Part shown: in pieces, positions 1 to 13,200 of the stretch
Layout of the letters: each line of letters starts with the position of its first letter
Position numbering within the stretch: the first letter of the stretch is position 1
The notes under the pieces: generated by a model
The model's input: only the letters and a program-made list of their open reading frames with translations
What the model was told of the DNA's origin: nothing
The model's database searches: none
DNA from: Chrysomallon squamiferum
Taxonomy: Eukaryota > Animalia > Mollusca
Assembly (NCBI GenBank): GCA_012295275.1
Contig: CM022671.1
Coordinates: 14,136,001-14,200,000, forward strand
Direction of reading: 5' to 3'
DNA: 64,000 nucleotides
Translations under genes and position numbers: made by a program

Positions 1-3000
1 TAAAGGGAATAAAGAAAAAAATAAAGGTGTATAAAACTGAGCTGTGTGTCACATCTGGGTTGAACCCGTTTTCTTATCACCACCTACATAATACACTCCA
101 AAGATCTGATGAAAATAAAGGTGTGCTTGAAACGCTATAAAAATAACTTTTTCACGATAAACTGGGTTTCTTTTTTTGTCTTGATCTTTCAAAATTTGTC
201 ACTGAAAAAAATACAAGTTTTTCATTCGAAATGTAGGCATGACAAATTCACTTCAAAAAAATGCTGTTCTGTGTACTTAAACTGCTAGAAAATCTTGATG
301 TCTTGATGATGTGTAGTCTGTAGTGTTGTTGAACACATCAGCCACTGCTAAATGTGATTCTGACAGCTAAGACAGCCAGCCAGTTAAATATGTCATTCAT
401 TATACAGAGTTTGTACACTTCATTTGACATGCTTCAAAGAAACTTTTTTTCCAGATACCTAAATCATTAATAAATCAATATACAGTAACAATAAAATGTG
501 AATGATCATCAGTAAGTAATACAAAATAGCTATCAGTTATCCACAGTCCCTGCTGCTTTATTTATAAGCCATTGTTTGTGTGTACTGACACTGATGTCAC
601 AGTGTTACTGGGTTTTACACTGTACATTCTGAACTGGTATTATCTTGTAGCACGATGACAAATTCAACAACCTCATTCATACATTTCCTTTTTTACATTT
701 TTTTTTTTTTTTTTTTTTTTTACCTGCACAAAACATTATGAATGAAATGGAAAAATTATTTGAAATAAATAGTTTGAAAGTCGTCAGATTTTTTTCTCCA
801 CTGTAGCAATAAAATATATAATATAAGATTTTTTTTTTTTTTTTTTTGTTCAGGTAGAATATAAAGGAAGATAAAGATGGGTAATTATTTATATGGAACG
901 AATGAAGCTAAAAGCAATATAAGCAAGTGCAGTAACTGTAGTGGAATGTATGAATAATTTGTGCTACAAAAACGCAGCACAGTAACACTGCAGCTTTGTG
1001 CAGACAGCATCTTCATTTTAAATGTGTACAGCAAAGTTAACAAACACAGAATAATAGTGACAAATAGTAACAAACTAGAATTATTTCTGTCACACGTACA
1101 TTAAATGAACAAGAAGTGATAATGAAAAACATGTTTATGTGTTAATGTCACTGAAATCAGATGCTAAACTATGTGGTATAAAATACAGCGACATGAAATA
1201 ATAAAAAAATAAAATAAAAGATAATGCAAAACAAATGTCTTAATAAAGCAGATGAAAACTTGCTTCTGTAATTTCAGATTCAATAAGCTTAAACTAATTT
1301 GAATCACATATATAGAAGAAAAAAGAAAAACTGAAGAAAAAAAGTATAAAAATCAATAATAATTTAAACTATACTTACTAAAATGAACCAAGAAAGAAAA
1401 AGTAAAAAAAAAAAAAAAATATTATATATATTTAATCTACAGTTATCAGAAATAAAAGAAGTACGTTTATGATAATGTCTAGACTAAGTAATGTAAGTGT
1501 AAAATTAAATAATACAACAGTTCCATTATAAATTAGAATAATCATTGTTGTCTTGTTTTTACAGAAATGCTTTGTCACATATTTGTTTTATCTCTGTCTG
1601 TGTCTGTAGAATACAGTGTTACTCTCTATGAAGTTTAAATAAAAATAAATCATTTCACATCTTTTACAGTCTATGTATAACGGCCATATGTTCTGTTCAT
1701 GATAAAAACTCTGCTGTGCAATGAACAAACAAAAATGTAAATATTTTTGCCAGGTACATGCTAATTAAATTTATTATCACATATGTTTTAAAAATCTTAG
1801 CTGTATTATAAAAATAAATGTAGTTGTTTACATGTTTATGATTTTTGTACAGTATTTTTAGAATTAACATCAGCAAAATATTATTATGTAGCTTATGCAA
1901 TCTCCCATAAATTATTTATTTATGGCCATGATAAATAAATCAGATGTGTGTCTGTTTGTGTGTTTGTGTGTGTGAAGAAGAAACATAACTTCTTACTGAA
2001 TCAGTGTGAATATGTCCACAGGCATTACAGGAATGTCTATTTTACTATTTTAAATTTCATCAATACATTTTAATATTTTAATCTATGAATAATACATTTA
2101 TATTTCATTCTGTATATAAACACACACACACACAGATAAATATATATTACAAAGTCAGATTTTTTTTAAATTTAGATATATTTCTCAAAATAGAATTTTA
2201 TAATTTATTAACAAACTGAAAGTTAGTGTACAACTGACATAATATGACTCATGAACCTGATTTTTTGTTAAAGGAGTGCTAGTTCTGGGTCAGTGGTAAT
2301 ATTGTAAACACATCCTCGTGTGTTACAATAGCTACATTTCTGAATACGGAAAAATATAAAAATGTCAGCTCAGACAAAAATGATTGCATCATTATCAAAT
2401 GTGAATGTTTAAATATAGAGCTTACATCACATTTAAAAAAAGAAAGGTTTTTACACATTTATTTTTAACAAAGTTATTCATGTTTCTGCAACTCAACAAT
2501 TTTAAGTGATCTTTCTCTGGCCTTTTCTTGGGCAACAGCATCAACAAAAAAAAAAAAAAGACCCAGCTAAATGACATCATCTTCAATAACAGATGTCTGA
2601 CTGTTTGATGAAGTCATTATTTTTTAATCAGTTTGGAGGTTGATTTTTTTTTTTTTTTTTTTTTTTTTACCTTTACAGAAAAATCCAATTTATATAAATG
2701 ATATTAGCTACATCTTTTTTTCTAGTAAAGAAACCTGTTGGGATTTCTGTCTTCTGTTAAGTTAGGACTTTTATTTTATTTTTTGTGATATTCTTCTTCT
2801 TCTTCTTTTTTGTGTAGTTGTTTTTAATCTTTATTTATCTTTTCAATTCTTCTGGTATAAAATCCTTTTGTGTTTTTAGGTACCAGTTATAATAAACAAT
2901 GAATCCGAGTAAACAAGAGAACATGAAACTGTAATACTATCAGTCTATTGTTTTTTAAATGATTGTAATCAGATGTAGATGTATACAGGATTAGGAATGT

Positions 3001-6000
3001 ACACCTGAAGCAATGATACCTGCAACTAATTACTGTCTACCTGCTTCTGGGCAGCTGCCTGAGATACACTATCTATTTACAGTGCATAATATCTGTAATA
3101 CAACTTTCACCTATGGCAATTTAATTAGTAGTTGAAATGTTATCTGAAATATTGTTGTAACTATTGACTGCTGCAACCTTTAAACCTGCCTTGAGAAGCT
3201 GTGTGTGTGTGTGTGTGTGTGTGTGTGAGAGACAGAGTGAGAGAGACATTTACATATATAATAACATATAGCTTGTTAGCTATTTTCAAATGCAAACAAT
3301 ATAATAACAAAAGCGTTTTAAAATTATAATATTGCAACCAGATTTAATGTCAGCAACTTTGCAGTAATACATACTTTCACAGAAACACATAAAAAGCAAA
3401 ATTAGATCCCATTTGTCTTTTTAATGACAATTTCAACAACAAAAATATATCCTTTTGAAATTTAGACAGATTTGTGATTCAAATATAAATTACCTCTTTA
3501 TGGATGAATTAGATGGATAGTTTATGGAACATATCCATAGCTTACAAACAAAAGTAATAAAATAAAATTGGTTGTACTGTGTGAAACCAAAGTAAGGTCA
3601 ACCATGAAAATAATCAAGTGATTAATCTGTCATAACAGATGTGTACTACTCACTGTTTTTACTCCTCAGTTTTATCAGAAACAGGTGAACTTCAGTAAAA
3701 TGTGGTGTAAAATGTGAAATTACAGATAAATATGTTGAACCAAACACTGACAGGTCGTAGATCAGTGCTGTTTTGTTTTGTTTCCCATTCTAAACAGTGC
3801 CTGTGACTGGTTTATGAAAGCCACAGTAAGTGCTTTCCTGTTTATGGGAATGAGCTAATAAACAATATTAGTTGCTAATCAATAACAGTAGTACATGAAA
3901 TGGCAACAGCAGGTTTTATTTCTCACATCGTCACCTTACAAAAAACACATGTCACCTAATGACCATTAATATTAGTAAAAGGTGTCAAGTATTATTAAGG
4001 AATCATTCATTCGTTTTTCATGAAATTCTTTTCAAGCCAATATTTTACTGTCATATCAATAAATAATAATTAAAAAATATATTACTATTATTGTAACTGC
4101 CTAATGGCTTCATTAGCATAAATATGACAGAAAAAGAATATTTAAATATTTGATAAAATTAAAAACATCTATTGTTTTTTTTTTTTTTTTTTTTGAGAAA
4201 GGTCAAGTCCTTATTTATGGACATATGACTGGGAGAGTTTCTTACATCTTACAATGAAAGTTTAGAAAGTGATATTTCAGAATCAGCTATCAGAACAGCA
4301 TTCAATGAAATGTCTTTTAGAAATGTCAGAAGGTTAGAAAAGAAGACCTGCAGCAGGAAGTCACCTTTGATAACAGATACAAGAAAACACGAAAATAGGA
4401 AAGACGATCTTTCTCTAATGAAAACATAAGATGTCAGTTCAAAGTCAAGATGTCAGAAAGAGCAGAAAAATATGCAAGAAATGTTAAGCACCAGTGTGAA
4501 TGAGCAGACAGAAGTGTGTCTTGTTAACATTCAGCTGAATCACTGTCAACACCAAAACTGACACTTTGCTCTTGTCAACAACTGCTGTGTATTTGTTAAT
4601 GCAGCTACCAAAGAAAATTGCAAACTCACACAATAAACAATAGATGTGATATCTTGCACATCTGGAATTATTCTACTTTAAAAACAGAGGGTTTATATTA
4701 ACATGTTTTTCCGACAGTTAGAGCCTCACTTGTAATTCTTTTCATTTTGAATGTTGTGTATTTTTGGTTTTGTTTACAATAAATATTTACCACAAGTCAT
4801 AGATAAAATAGAAAGTTTATTTGCTTCTTATTTGATGCATAAATGGTTATTATCTAAATACTTTGCATAAAGATCACATCAAAAGGTTGCATTTTTCCAT
4901 AAATATGTATTAAATTAACAGATAATATAAAAATGTGAACTGCATATTCATACCAGTAAAATATCATTTGCATAATTCATGTACTGTTAATTGTTTTTAA
5001 AACATGTTAGATGGAAATAAAAGCTCTGTGGGTAGATTATCTCATTTCTGTGCTGTTAACAAACTGTTAATATTCCATTTGCAAAACCTCACCTGTTTCT
5101 TTATGTAGAGGAGCAAGTGAAGGATTAGGCGCTAATCAGATTAGGAGGAGACTGTCTAATTTAGTGTGAATCCAGTGGAGATAACCGACACTGTATTTCC
5201 ACAGTTAATGCAGAACAGCTCAGACTATAGAATAATACTTTAAGTAAGCGAAGCAGAGACATACGGCTGTACATTGTTATCTCTAAATAACCTATTTCTG
5301 TTATCTCACCAGAAAAAATACACATTATGAAGTCATTAAAAAATAAACACATTTAAGAGCCTTAATGAAAATTATAAAATAGCCTACAGATAATTTAAAA
5401 CAACATGTTTTATGTGAATTTAAAAACAAAATTTATTTATTTATTATTATTATCTCACTGACTCAAATACTTGAAAGAAAAAAGAACTTCTAGAAATTAC
5501 ATTTTATCTGGATATAAATATATTCATAAGAAATAATTAGTTAGATTATACTTCACTCAACTGGTGTTCTGTTACTACAACCACCTTTCTGATGACAATC
5601 AGCAAATATTGATCTAAGTACAATTTTCACACTAAACATGTTTCACAGGCACTCTGTATTATTAATATTTTAAGTAACTGATACAAAGAATGTGAATTTC
5701 TAATAACCATTTTTGCTTGGAGGGCAAATAAAATAAAAGTTACATTGAACATCACCTGGAGCATCATAAACACGTAACGAGACAAGCTTTGTTAAGAGGG
5801 ATGTACTGCGTTAAGTACTAAAGATAAAAGTTTTTGCTAATAAAATTTGTACATTAAATTTTTGTTAGGTTCAGCTGACAAGTACCACTTGATTTAATAA
5901 AGTAAAAATTAAACCGTTTTTAAAATTTATAAATTACAAAACATGAACAATGATTTAAGGAAGATTTTTGAAAAATTCTAATGTTAGAAAGTATATTTTT

Positions 6001-6318
6001 AATTGCTTTTTTTATTATTATTATTATTATTGTTGTTATTATTATTGTTATTGTTATTGTTATTATTTTGTTGTAGTTCTACATTACACTAAGAAGAGCA
6101 TTTCCCGTGGCCAACATATGTAAACATTTCTGTTCCTGTTAGCTTAGAAAGCATAAATACATGCATTAATATTGGTAACTTTATGAATATATATATATAC
6201 GTGTGTGTGTGTGTGTGTGTGTGTGTTGTTGTTATTATTATACTTTATTTGTGTTCATAACGAAGTTGGATTGATGTACATAAATTGTTTCCATATTTGC
6301 CAACTAAACAAAACTTAC

Positions 6319-6461
6319 CTAAGATACTCTTGCAAACAGACATCACAGAACCTGTGCCCGCACGACTTGATCTGCACGGGATCTTTCATAGGAAGTCTGC
6401 AGAGAAGACAGTAACATCGTCGTCTTAATTTGTCCAAAAACGATACATTAAAACCAGGCAT
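6319..6461 (-). CDS. TRAF4: TNF receptor-associated factor 4, first coding exon (N-terminal RING finger); remaining exons lie left of the window
   Basis: ATG at 6461 gives MPGFNVSFLDKLRRRCYCLLCRLPMKDPVQIKSCGHRFCDVCLQEYL, closely matching the recalled TRAF4 start (MPGFDYKFLEKPKRRLLCPLCGKPMREPVQVSTCGHRFCDTCLQEFLS). The 143-nt exon ends at a phase-2 GTAAGT donor. No next exon recognised in 1-6318. Confidence 0.88.
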
Positions 6462-6529
6462 ATTTATATCATGCGTATATACAGTTCTTTTTTTCTCATT
6501 CACGTTTTATTCATATCTCCGTTAGAACG

Positions 6530-6680
6530 CATTCTCTAACGTCCGTTCTTCACGGAAAGTACAAAATCATTGCGAAAAAAATGTGTCGTCTGCTCTCGAC
6601 AAAAGCGTGTTACGAATAACTGTGTGGGTGAAATCAATCGAGGCGGTCACGTGATCGAAACGGCTTATCACACCCGTTAT
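6530..6680. promoter_or_regulatory. CpG-containing promoter region of TRAF4 with E-box GTCACGTGAT (6646-6655)
   Basis: Local CpG cluster just upstream of the TRAF4 start, against a CpG-poor intron; palindromic CACGTG core. Confidence 0.5.
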
Positions 6681-6814
6681 ATGCCTTTTAAATAAGTAAA
6701 CACAGTTTTAATTAGCCTCCTTTTTATTTTCATTTGAAATTCCAACGTAGAACTAATTGTACAAATCTATGGCTAATACTAATCCGGAAATAACGTGTGA
6801 AATTTTTAATGTAT

Positions 6815-6850
<36 letters not shown>

Positions 6851-8043
6851 TAGAAAGAATTGAACAAAAATGTAACACCAACGTTCTTTAATTTGTAAGC
6901 GTTATTCCACCCAACTCGAGTGACCACGGTTATATTTGTCATTATTTATATATTACGTGGGTTGTACTTTCACACTTTAGATATATATATATATATTTAA
7001 ATCGTGAATGGTATGATAAAATAAAAATAAAAAGTGAAATAAATAAATCATTATTTAAAAAAAAAATGCTAAGAATTAATTCGCGAAATTAATTTGTCGC
7101 TTTAAATAACGAAGACACATTACTATTAAACTGTATTCTTCTTTGATGGTTTTACAGGTTCCCTCCACTATGATGAAACTCAATTCATCTTTAATATTAT
7201 AAACAACAACAATAGGAAAAATTTAATAAAATAAAATACCTAAATAATAAAACAAAATAAATTAAAAATTTAAAAATATACAATTACTAAACATGATTCT
7301 AAATATATAGAAATGCTGGGTGTATTACGATAATGGTATCTTCAATTTCATGGATTCACCACTGCATTAAATATATCATTTGTGGTTTATAAAATAAATG
7401 CTACAAAATTACAGAAATTTAATGTCATGACTAAGGGGAAATAACTTTACTATACGTGTACTTTTTTTTTTTCGTTATATTGACTATAGCTGGTATTTAC
7501 GAATAAACCATTTCTAATTTTCTTTTAATAAAAAAAAAAAAAAAAAATAAAATGGTTTTATGATGTCTAATATTTAAAATGTTTTTGGTTTTGATTTAAA
7601 ATGTTTCTGTATGCAACAGGAAAGGAAAATGCCACTGAAGCATGCATAATGTTCACTGTATCATCGGGTAATGATTATTTTTATGTTGTATAATTTATTT
7701 TTTCTTTATTAAACCACTCCGACCTTTGAGCTACAATTTATTTTGTTAAATTATTTGTTAAGACTTAAAAGAGATATTTGTGGGCAAAATACTTCGATTT
7801 CCTTATGAAAAAGAGGTCATTTTTGAAACGTAATGCGCTGTAAAATAATTAACTATTTTTTGTGTTTTCTCTATCTACAAAATTATTTTTAAATCACAAC
7901 CTACTATGCAAACTACAGTCATGGCTGCTTATAATTTGTTTATTTATTTGGGATCTATGATGTCATTATTATAGGCCATAGTACATTTCTCTCTCTTTTT
8001 TTTTTTGGGGGGGGCGTTGATTCTATAATATTTTTTCAGTTTC

Positions 8044-8075
<32 letters not shown>

Positions 8076-9527
8076 GTTTTTTTTTTAATAATAATAAAAT
8101 ATTATTTTTAATAAATATAAAACAATGACAATAAATCAGTAGATTCATACGTCATATTTTGTTTAATTTCAATCAGCAAAAATCATTAAAAATTAATTCA
8201 CATGCTGATGTCATTCATTTAATAATAGATAATAATTCTAATACCACTACTAATAATAACGATAATAACGTAAAAAGCTACTTCTTAATTGCTTTACACA
8301 GTATAATACAATTCTTTATACTTCAAAGTGATTACATTTTTTATGTTTTATTTATTTTATTTTATTTTATTTTTTTATGTTTATTGTTTGTTTTTTGTGA
8401 CATTTTATCTCACATAATAAAATATTTCAAATAAATAATAAAGTTCAAATGCATTTTGCTGAGAACAATAGACAAAACTTTAAAGCAAAATCGTTTCGTT
8501 TTATTATTTTTATTTTTTTAATTGTATACAAAATATCGGTTATAATTTGTTAAATAATAATAATAATAATAATAATAGTAAGTCTTATGTTAAAGTTCAA
8601 TAAGCTGCTTCACTGTGTAGTTTTCTGCTGAAATCTGTTTACTGAATAGTTCAATGACAATAAATTATTTTTCATATTGAAACTTTAGTTCGCTTTTCAT
8701 TTCTTCAATTAAAATAATATCTACATCTGAAATATATTACCTTAGTTATTAGCCTCAGTTGAAATTCCAGAACATCCTAGGGCTAAAAAATCAGTTGAAA
8801 AAGATTTTCTGACATTCAATTCTGATTCAAACGGCTTAAAATAAAATAATAAATTTACTTATATTATATCAGCATTCAAAATGAAAAAAATAATATGTTC
8901 TAATATATATGTTGATTCTGAAGAATAATTTAAAATGTTAGAAAACTATATCACGAAAAAAAAAACAATTGAACATTTCCGCTTTTTACAGCGACTTATA
9001 AAATTTTACTAAATGCATTCATTATAAAATAAATAACATCTAGTCAGCATTCAAAATTTTATGCAGAATAATAACACCAAAACTGCCTTTTCATATTTTC
9101 GACCCGATTTACACTCTATCAAAGCTATGTATCCATTTTTACCTAACTGAATATAGCAATGTAAACTACAATTTACATGACTTAATCAAAATATTTTATG
9201 TAATAGAAAAATAATGTTCTCTTTATCTGAGGTGAAAACTAGATCGCGCTCTTTTATATTTTACTATTATTTTTCAATATTTTATTTTATTTTATTTTAT
9301 TATTCTGTTGAGCGTCTGGCTTTTGGTTGATAATTAATTTTTAATGGGAAGCAATTTTCAAAAATGACATACAAAGGTATATACTCTAATTACATGAAAA
9401 CACACCACACATATATGTATATAAACACTAAAGCTGTATTTTTTTAATTATATGCATTTTACGTCAATTATTATAGAATTATTTCCCTTGTAGAAATTTT
9501 CAAGTAAAAGGTATTTTAATCGCAGCA

Positions 9528-11051
9528 ATGGCTGCGCCCTTGGACAATGCGTCTGCAGTAAAATTTTTGAGTAAACCTGATCTTAGCTCAAAGAAAAGTT
9601 TAGCTTATTTACAATCAGATGACGTTAAAGACTTTAATTTAATTATGGATAATGTTATTGGCGAAAAAAAACGACGAAATAATGTTATTGTTCCTTTAGG
9701 ACTGATTCCTCAAATGCCAAAATCTAAACAAGAAGTCATGATTGCAAGTGCTTTTGAAAGTTGCACATTCAAATCAATTGCTAGCTGTGTGCTTGGTAAA
9801 TCTCATTTATGTTTTTAATACGATCAAAATTAAGATGTTCTTCATGTGATAATGTCACGATTTTTATAGAAAAGGGCCTGAAAGACTGGATGCGTTTATA
9901 TTTAATTTCTGATTAGACTGTATACTTCAAATAATTTTGACAATTCATAATATATTTTTACTAATGTGTGTGTATACACACATATATATATTATACTTTC
10001 ACTTTGATGTCATTTCAGGCTTTGCAATAGGTGGAGTGTTTGGACTGTTCACAGCTGGAATTGATCCAATGTCTACTATGACAACTGAGACACCCACAAC
10101 AAAGATTGTTTTGAGAGAGATGAAAGCTCGTTCTTTGTCATATGGAAAGAATTTTGCTATTGTTGGATGCATGTTCGCTGGAACTGAATGTTTGTTGGAA
10201 TCCGTATGTGGCAACCTTTTTTTATTTTAACAAACAATAAATCATTTCATAACTAAGACAAATAAACTTTAGTAACTGTATTCATTTATTAAGCTCAATT
10301 GCTTTTAAACTCCTGAAAAACTGTTACTTATTTCATTTATAAAGGTGTTTTGTATTAATATCACTGAAATTACTAAATTAAATTATATTTATTTTGTTTG
10401 TTTAATTTATGAAGGTTCAGTTCTTTTTTTACAACCATATTAATTATTTCAAATTTTGTACCATTAGTGATGTGTTAATTTACTGTGAAGAAATAATTAA
10501 TTGTGTGTTACATAGCTGTGGTGTTCAAATGATGTTTGTGTTTTCAGTATCGAGGGAAAAGTGAGTTGTTGAATGGTACTTTGTCAGGAGGGTTAGTCGG
10601 AGGAATTCTTGGTTTAAGAGGTAAACATCACAGTAATACTATTAATAGTATTGTCATATTTATTTTATTTTATTATTAAACATGCATCCAGTTAAATAGC
10701 ATTTCAATACACTGTAGCCAGTTCATCTTGTTTGTAAGAGGAGCATGTGCAAGAATCTTATTAATAATAATTCTTAATAAACAAACACACTGAAGTACAT
10801 TTACAGACTTAATGTTTCAATTATAATGTTATAAAATAGTAATTTGAATAATAATAGAAGATAGAAAATACAGAAGCAATGTAATTTTGTAGATAAGATA
10901 TATATATATATTTGTTTTTGATGTCTTAATCTGTATATATGATTTAATTATTTTCCTTACATCTGTTTCAGCTGGATTAAAAGCTGGCTTACTAGGAGCT
11001 GCAGGATTTGCACTGTTTTCTACTGCTATAGATTATTATATGAGACATTAG
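9528..11051 (+). CDS. TIMM22: Mitochondrial inner membrane import translocase subunit Tim22, 4 exons, 201 aa
   Basis: Exons 9528-9795, 10019-10203, 10548-10620, 10972-11051 (606 nt, all GT-AG, phases consistent). Motifs [55 protein letters not shown] and GLRAGLKAG..GFALFSTAIDYYMRH match Tim22. Confidence 0.96.
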
Positions 11052-12939
11052 TAAATAATAGAACAGTCAACACATCAATGAGGATGAAGTGCATCAATGT
11101 GAAACTATATAAATCAAACAGTTGTTTTGAGATACAATCCATTAATAGCAAACTTTTGTAAAAGATTCCAAACAAGAGATGTTTATTCCATGTGAGCTGT
11201 TTTGTTCAGAGAACTCTATATTGTTCTGGAGAATCTCTACCAACTAAAACATTTAGAAGCAGATGTTTGAAAAAGTAGTATTGGCTGACGTGAAAGCTGA
11301 TATATATGATTATGTTAGTTTTAAAGGATAGAATTTTGTTTCTTATGAACAAAATGAAATGATTTAGGCAGGACCTTTTAGAATTATTTTCAACATTTTT
11401 AAAAATATTGTGCTAATTTATATACTAATTTAAAGAAAGTTCTGAGTACATTCATAGTTGATATATTTTTTTATATTCAGAGTTGATGTCATTCATAAAA
11501 TAATCTTCATACATTAACTGTAATACCAGATAAAATGTTATCTTTAATGATATGTTGTTTAAGCATGCTTGTTAATGTTTTTATTTACATGTATGTTTGT
11601 TTCCGATGAAGAACTATTATTTTGAGATAAAGGAAGGAAAATGATATCAAAAGAAAGGTGTTGTTATTAACATTGTTAAAAACAGAAAGCCATATATTTA
11701 TGAATCTGTTTTACTTGACTTTGATTAGGTTTTATAGCAAACTATATGGTTTTTATTTATTTATTTATTTTGATATCATAATCTTTAGATTGTACATGTC
11801 TTCTATTTTTTGAACATTTTAACATCCATTTAACAACACATGCAGATCATGTTTAAGAATTACTTCTTTTTACAGTAATCAAATAGATTCAATTTGCACA
11901 GAAATGTTTATTTATTTTTGTTAAATCTCTACTGTAGTAAGTCTGTTAAGTATTTATGGAAAAAATAAAACTGCTATAATTTTAATTAATAATAATGAAA
12001 ATAAAAGAACCACCAGAAATAGTATAATAATTAATCACATATAAAATGGAGTTTTCTGCCTTGCTTGAACATATATATATATATATTTTAACTTTTTAAG
12101 AGTGCAGTGTTTATAAATAACTTCTAATTTTACTTATTTGAGAAGAAAAGACATAACTGTGTAGATCATGCAAAAAAAAAAAAAAAGTTAAAAAATAATA
12201 ATAATAAGATGAAAAGCATATAGGAAAAATAATTTACACAGCAGTTTATACTTGTTTTTAAATATTTCCAAATAAAAAACAATGAGAAATAGTAAATAGA
12301 AAACAACAACAACATCATACAAATTTATGAACACAGTGGAATACTCTTGAATAGACATAATAAAACAATTATTCCATTAAAATTCAAAGTCGGGGACTGA
12401 CAAAAAATGAATGACAGTAAAATAATGTGTCAGAAGTCTTGGTTATTTCTATGTGTTGTTTGCTTGATGTACCTTTAAAAGAATATAGTGAAAAAACCCA
12501 AAAGTAGAAAAATGGAATAACTGAATATATACGGCATAGATAATTCTGTTTCAAAATGGAGTTAATGGAGCTGTAAAGGTCTCTTGTTTTGATAGATAAA
12601 CAAATCCCAACTGTTTAGACCTGAAAAGTTTACAAAAATGGATTCATAATATGGAATGAAAGTCACTATAATAAAATAAAGAGTGATAAGGAATGAAATA
12701 AAGTTACTTTTTTTGTAATGAACAAATAACAATAATCAAATAAATGAACCTACTTAATCAGCATTAGGATTAAATCTTTACTTACTTGGTTTCCTTTCTT
12801 TTCTTTTTAAACAAAAATACAAAAACAACTTTTAAAACATGTGGTTTTAAATTTTCAAAATTTGTTTTATATAATTTTATTTTATTATCTTTTCAAATTT
12901 ATTTATAATTAAATGGAATTTTAAAGAGTCTTTATTGGC

Positions 12940-13200
12940 CAACTTTTTACGATCGTAGCAATATCACATGACCATAATATTGAAAATGGCGGCGCTTGCG
13001 GAGGTTGAGAAATGTGTGTGGCATGCTTTCGATGCTCTTGATTGTCACAGAACGGGAATTGTACAAAAATCAAGCCTGAAGGTAAGAGGGTACTCTAGAT
13101 ATTGTTATTAGTCCACTGATAATCTAAATATTTGACTGTCATCCAATTATTTTAATATTTATTTCTAGCTAATGAAACGCGGAAGTGATTGAAACGTTCA
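12940..13200 (+). promoter_or_regulatory. SWAP70 promoter/first-exon CpG patch: E-box TCACATGA (12964-12971), YY1-like AAAATGGCGGC over the ATG, ETS-like GCGGAAGTG (13179-13187)
   Basis: Motifs read directly; their function is inferred. Confidence 0.45.

Noticed and set aside
3041-3062. Possible TRAF4 exon 2 (reads C-P-E on the - strand)
   Set aside because: Only 18 nt between AG and GT; flanks do not match the expected FKCPEDQLPLDYAK.
6462-6503. N-terminal extension MNEKKRTVYTHDIN of the TRAF4 ORF
   Set aside because: Starts at GTG; homology begins at the ATG at 6461, so this is 5' UTR.
7074-7094. Near-perfect palindrome aattaattcgcgaaattaatt
   Set aside because: Short and AT-rich; no element boundaries or function supportable.
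9841-9918. Box C/D snoRNA candidate in TIMM22 intron 1 (GTGATAA..CTGA..CTGA)
   Set aside because: Imperfect C box, no terminal stem, no recognisable rRNA guide.
9999-10214. Antisense ORFs over real exons (also 15961-16206, 20985-21242, 21541-21988, 35174-35510)
   Set aside because: Shadows of + strand coding exons.
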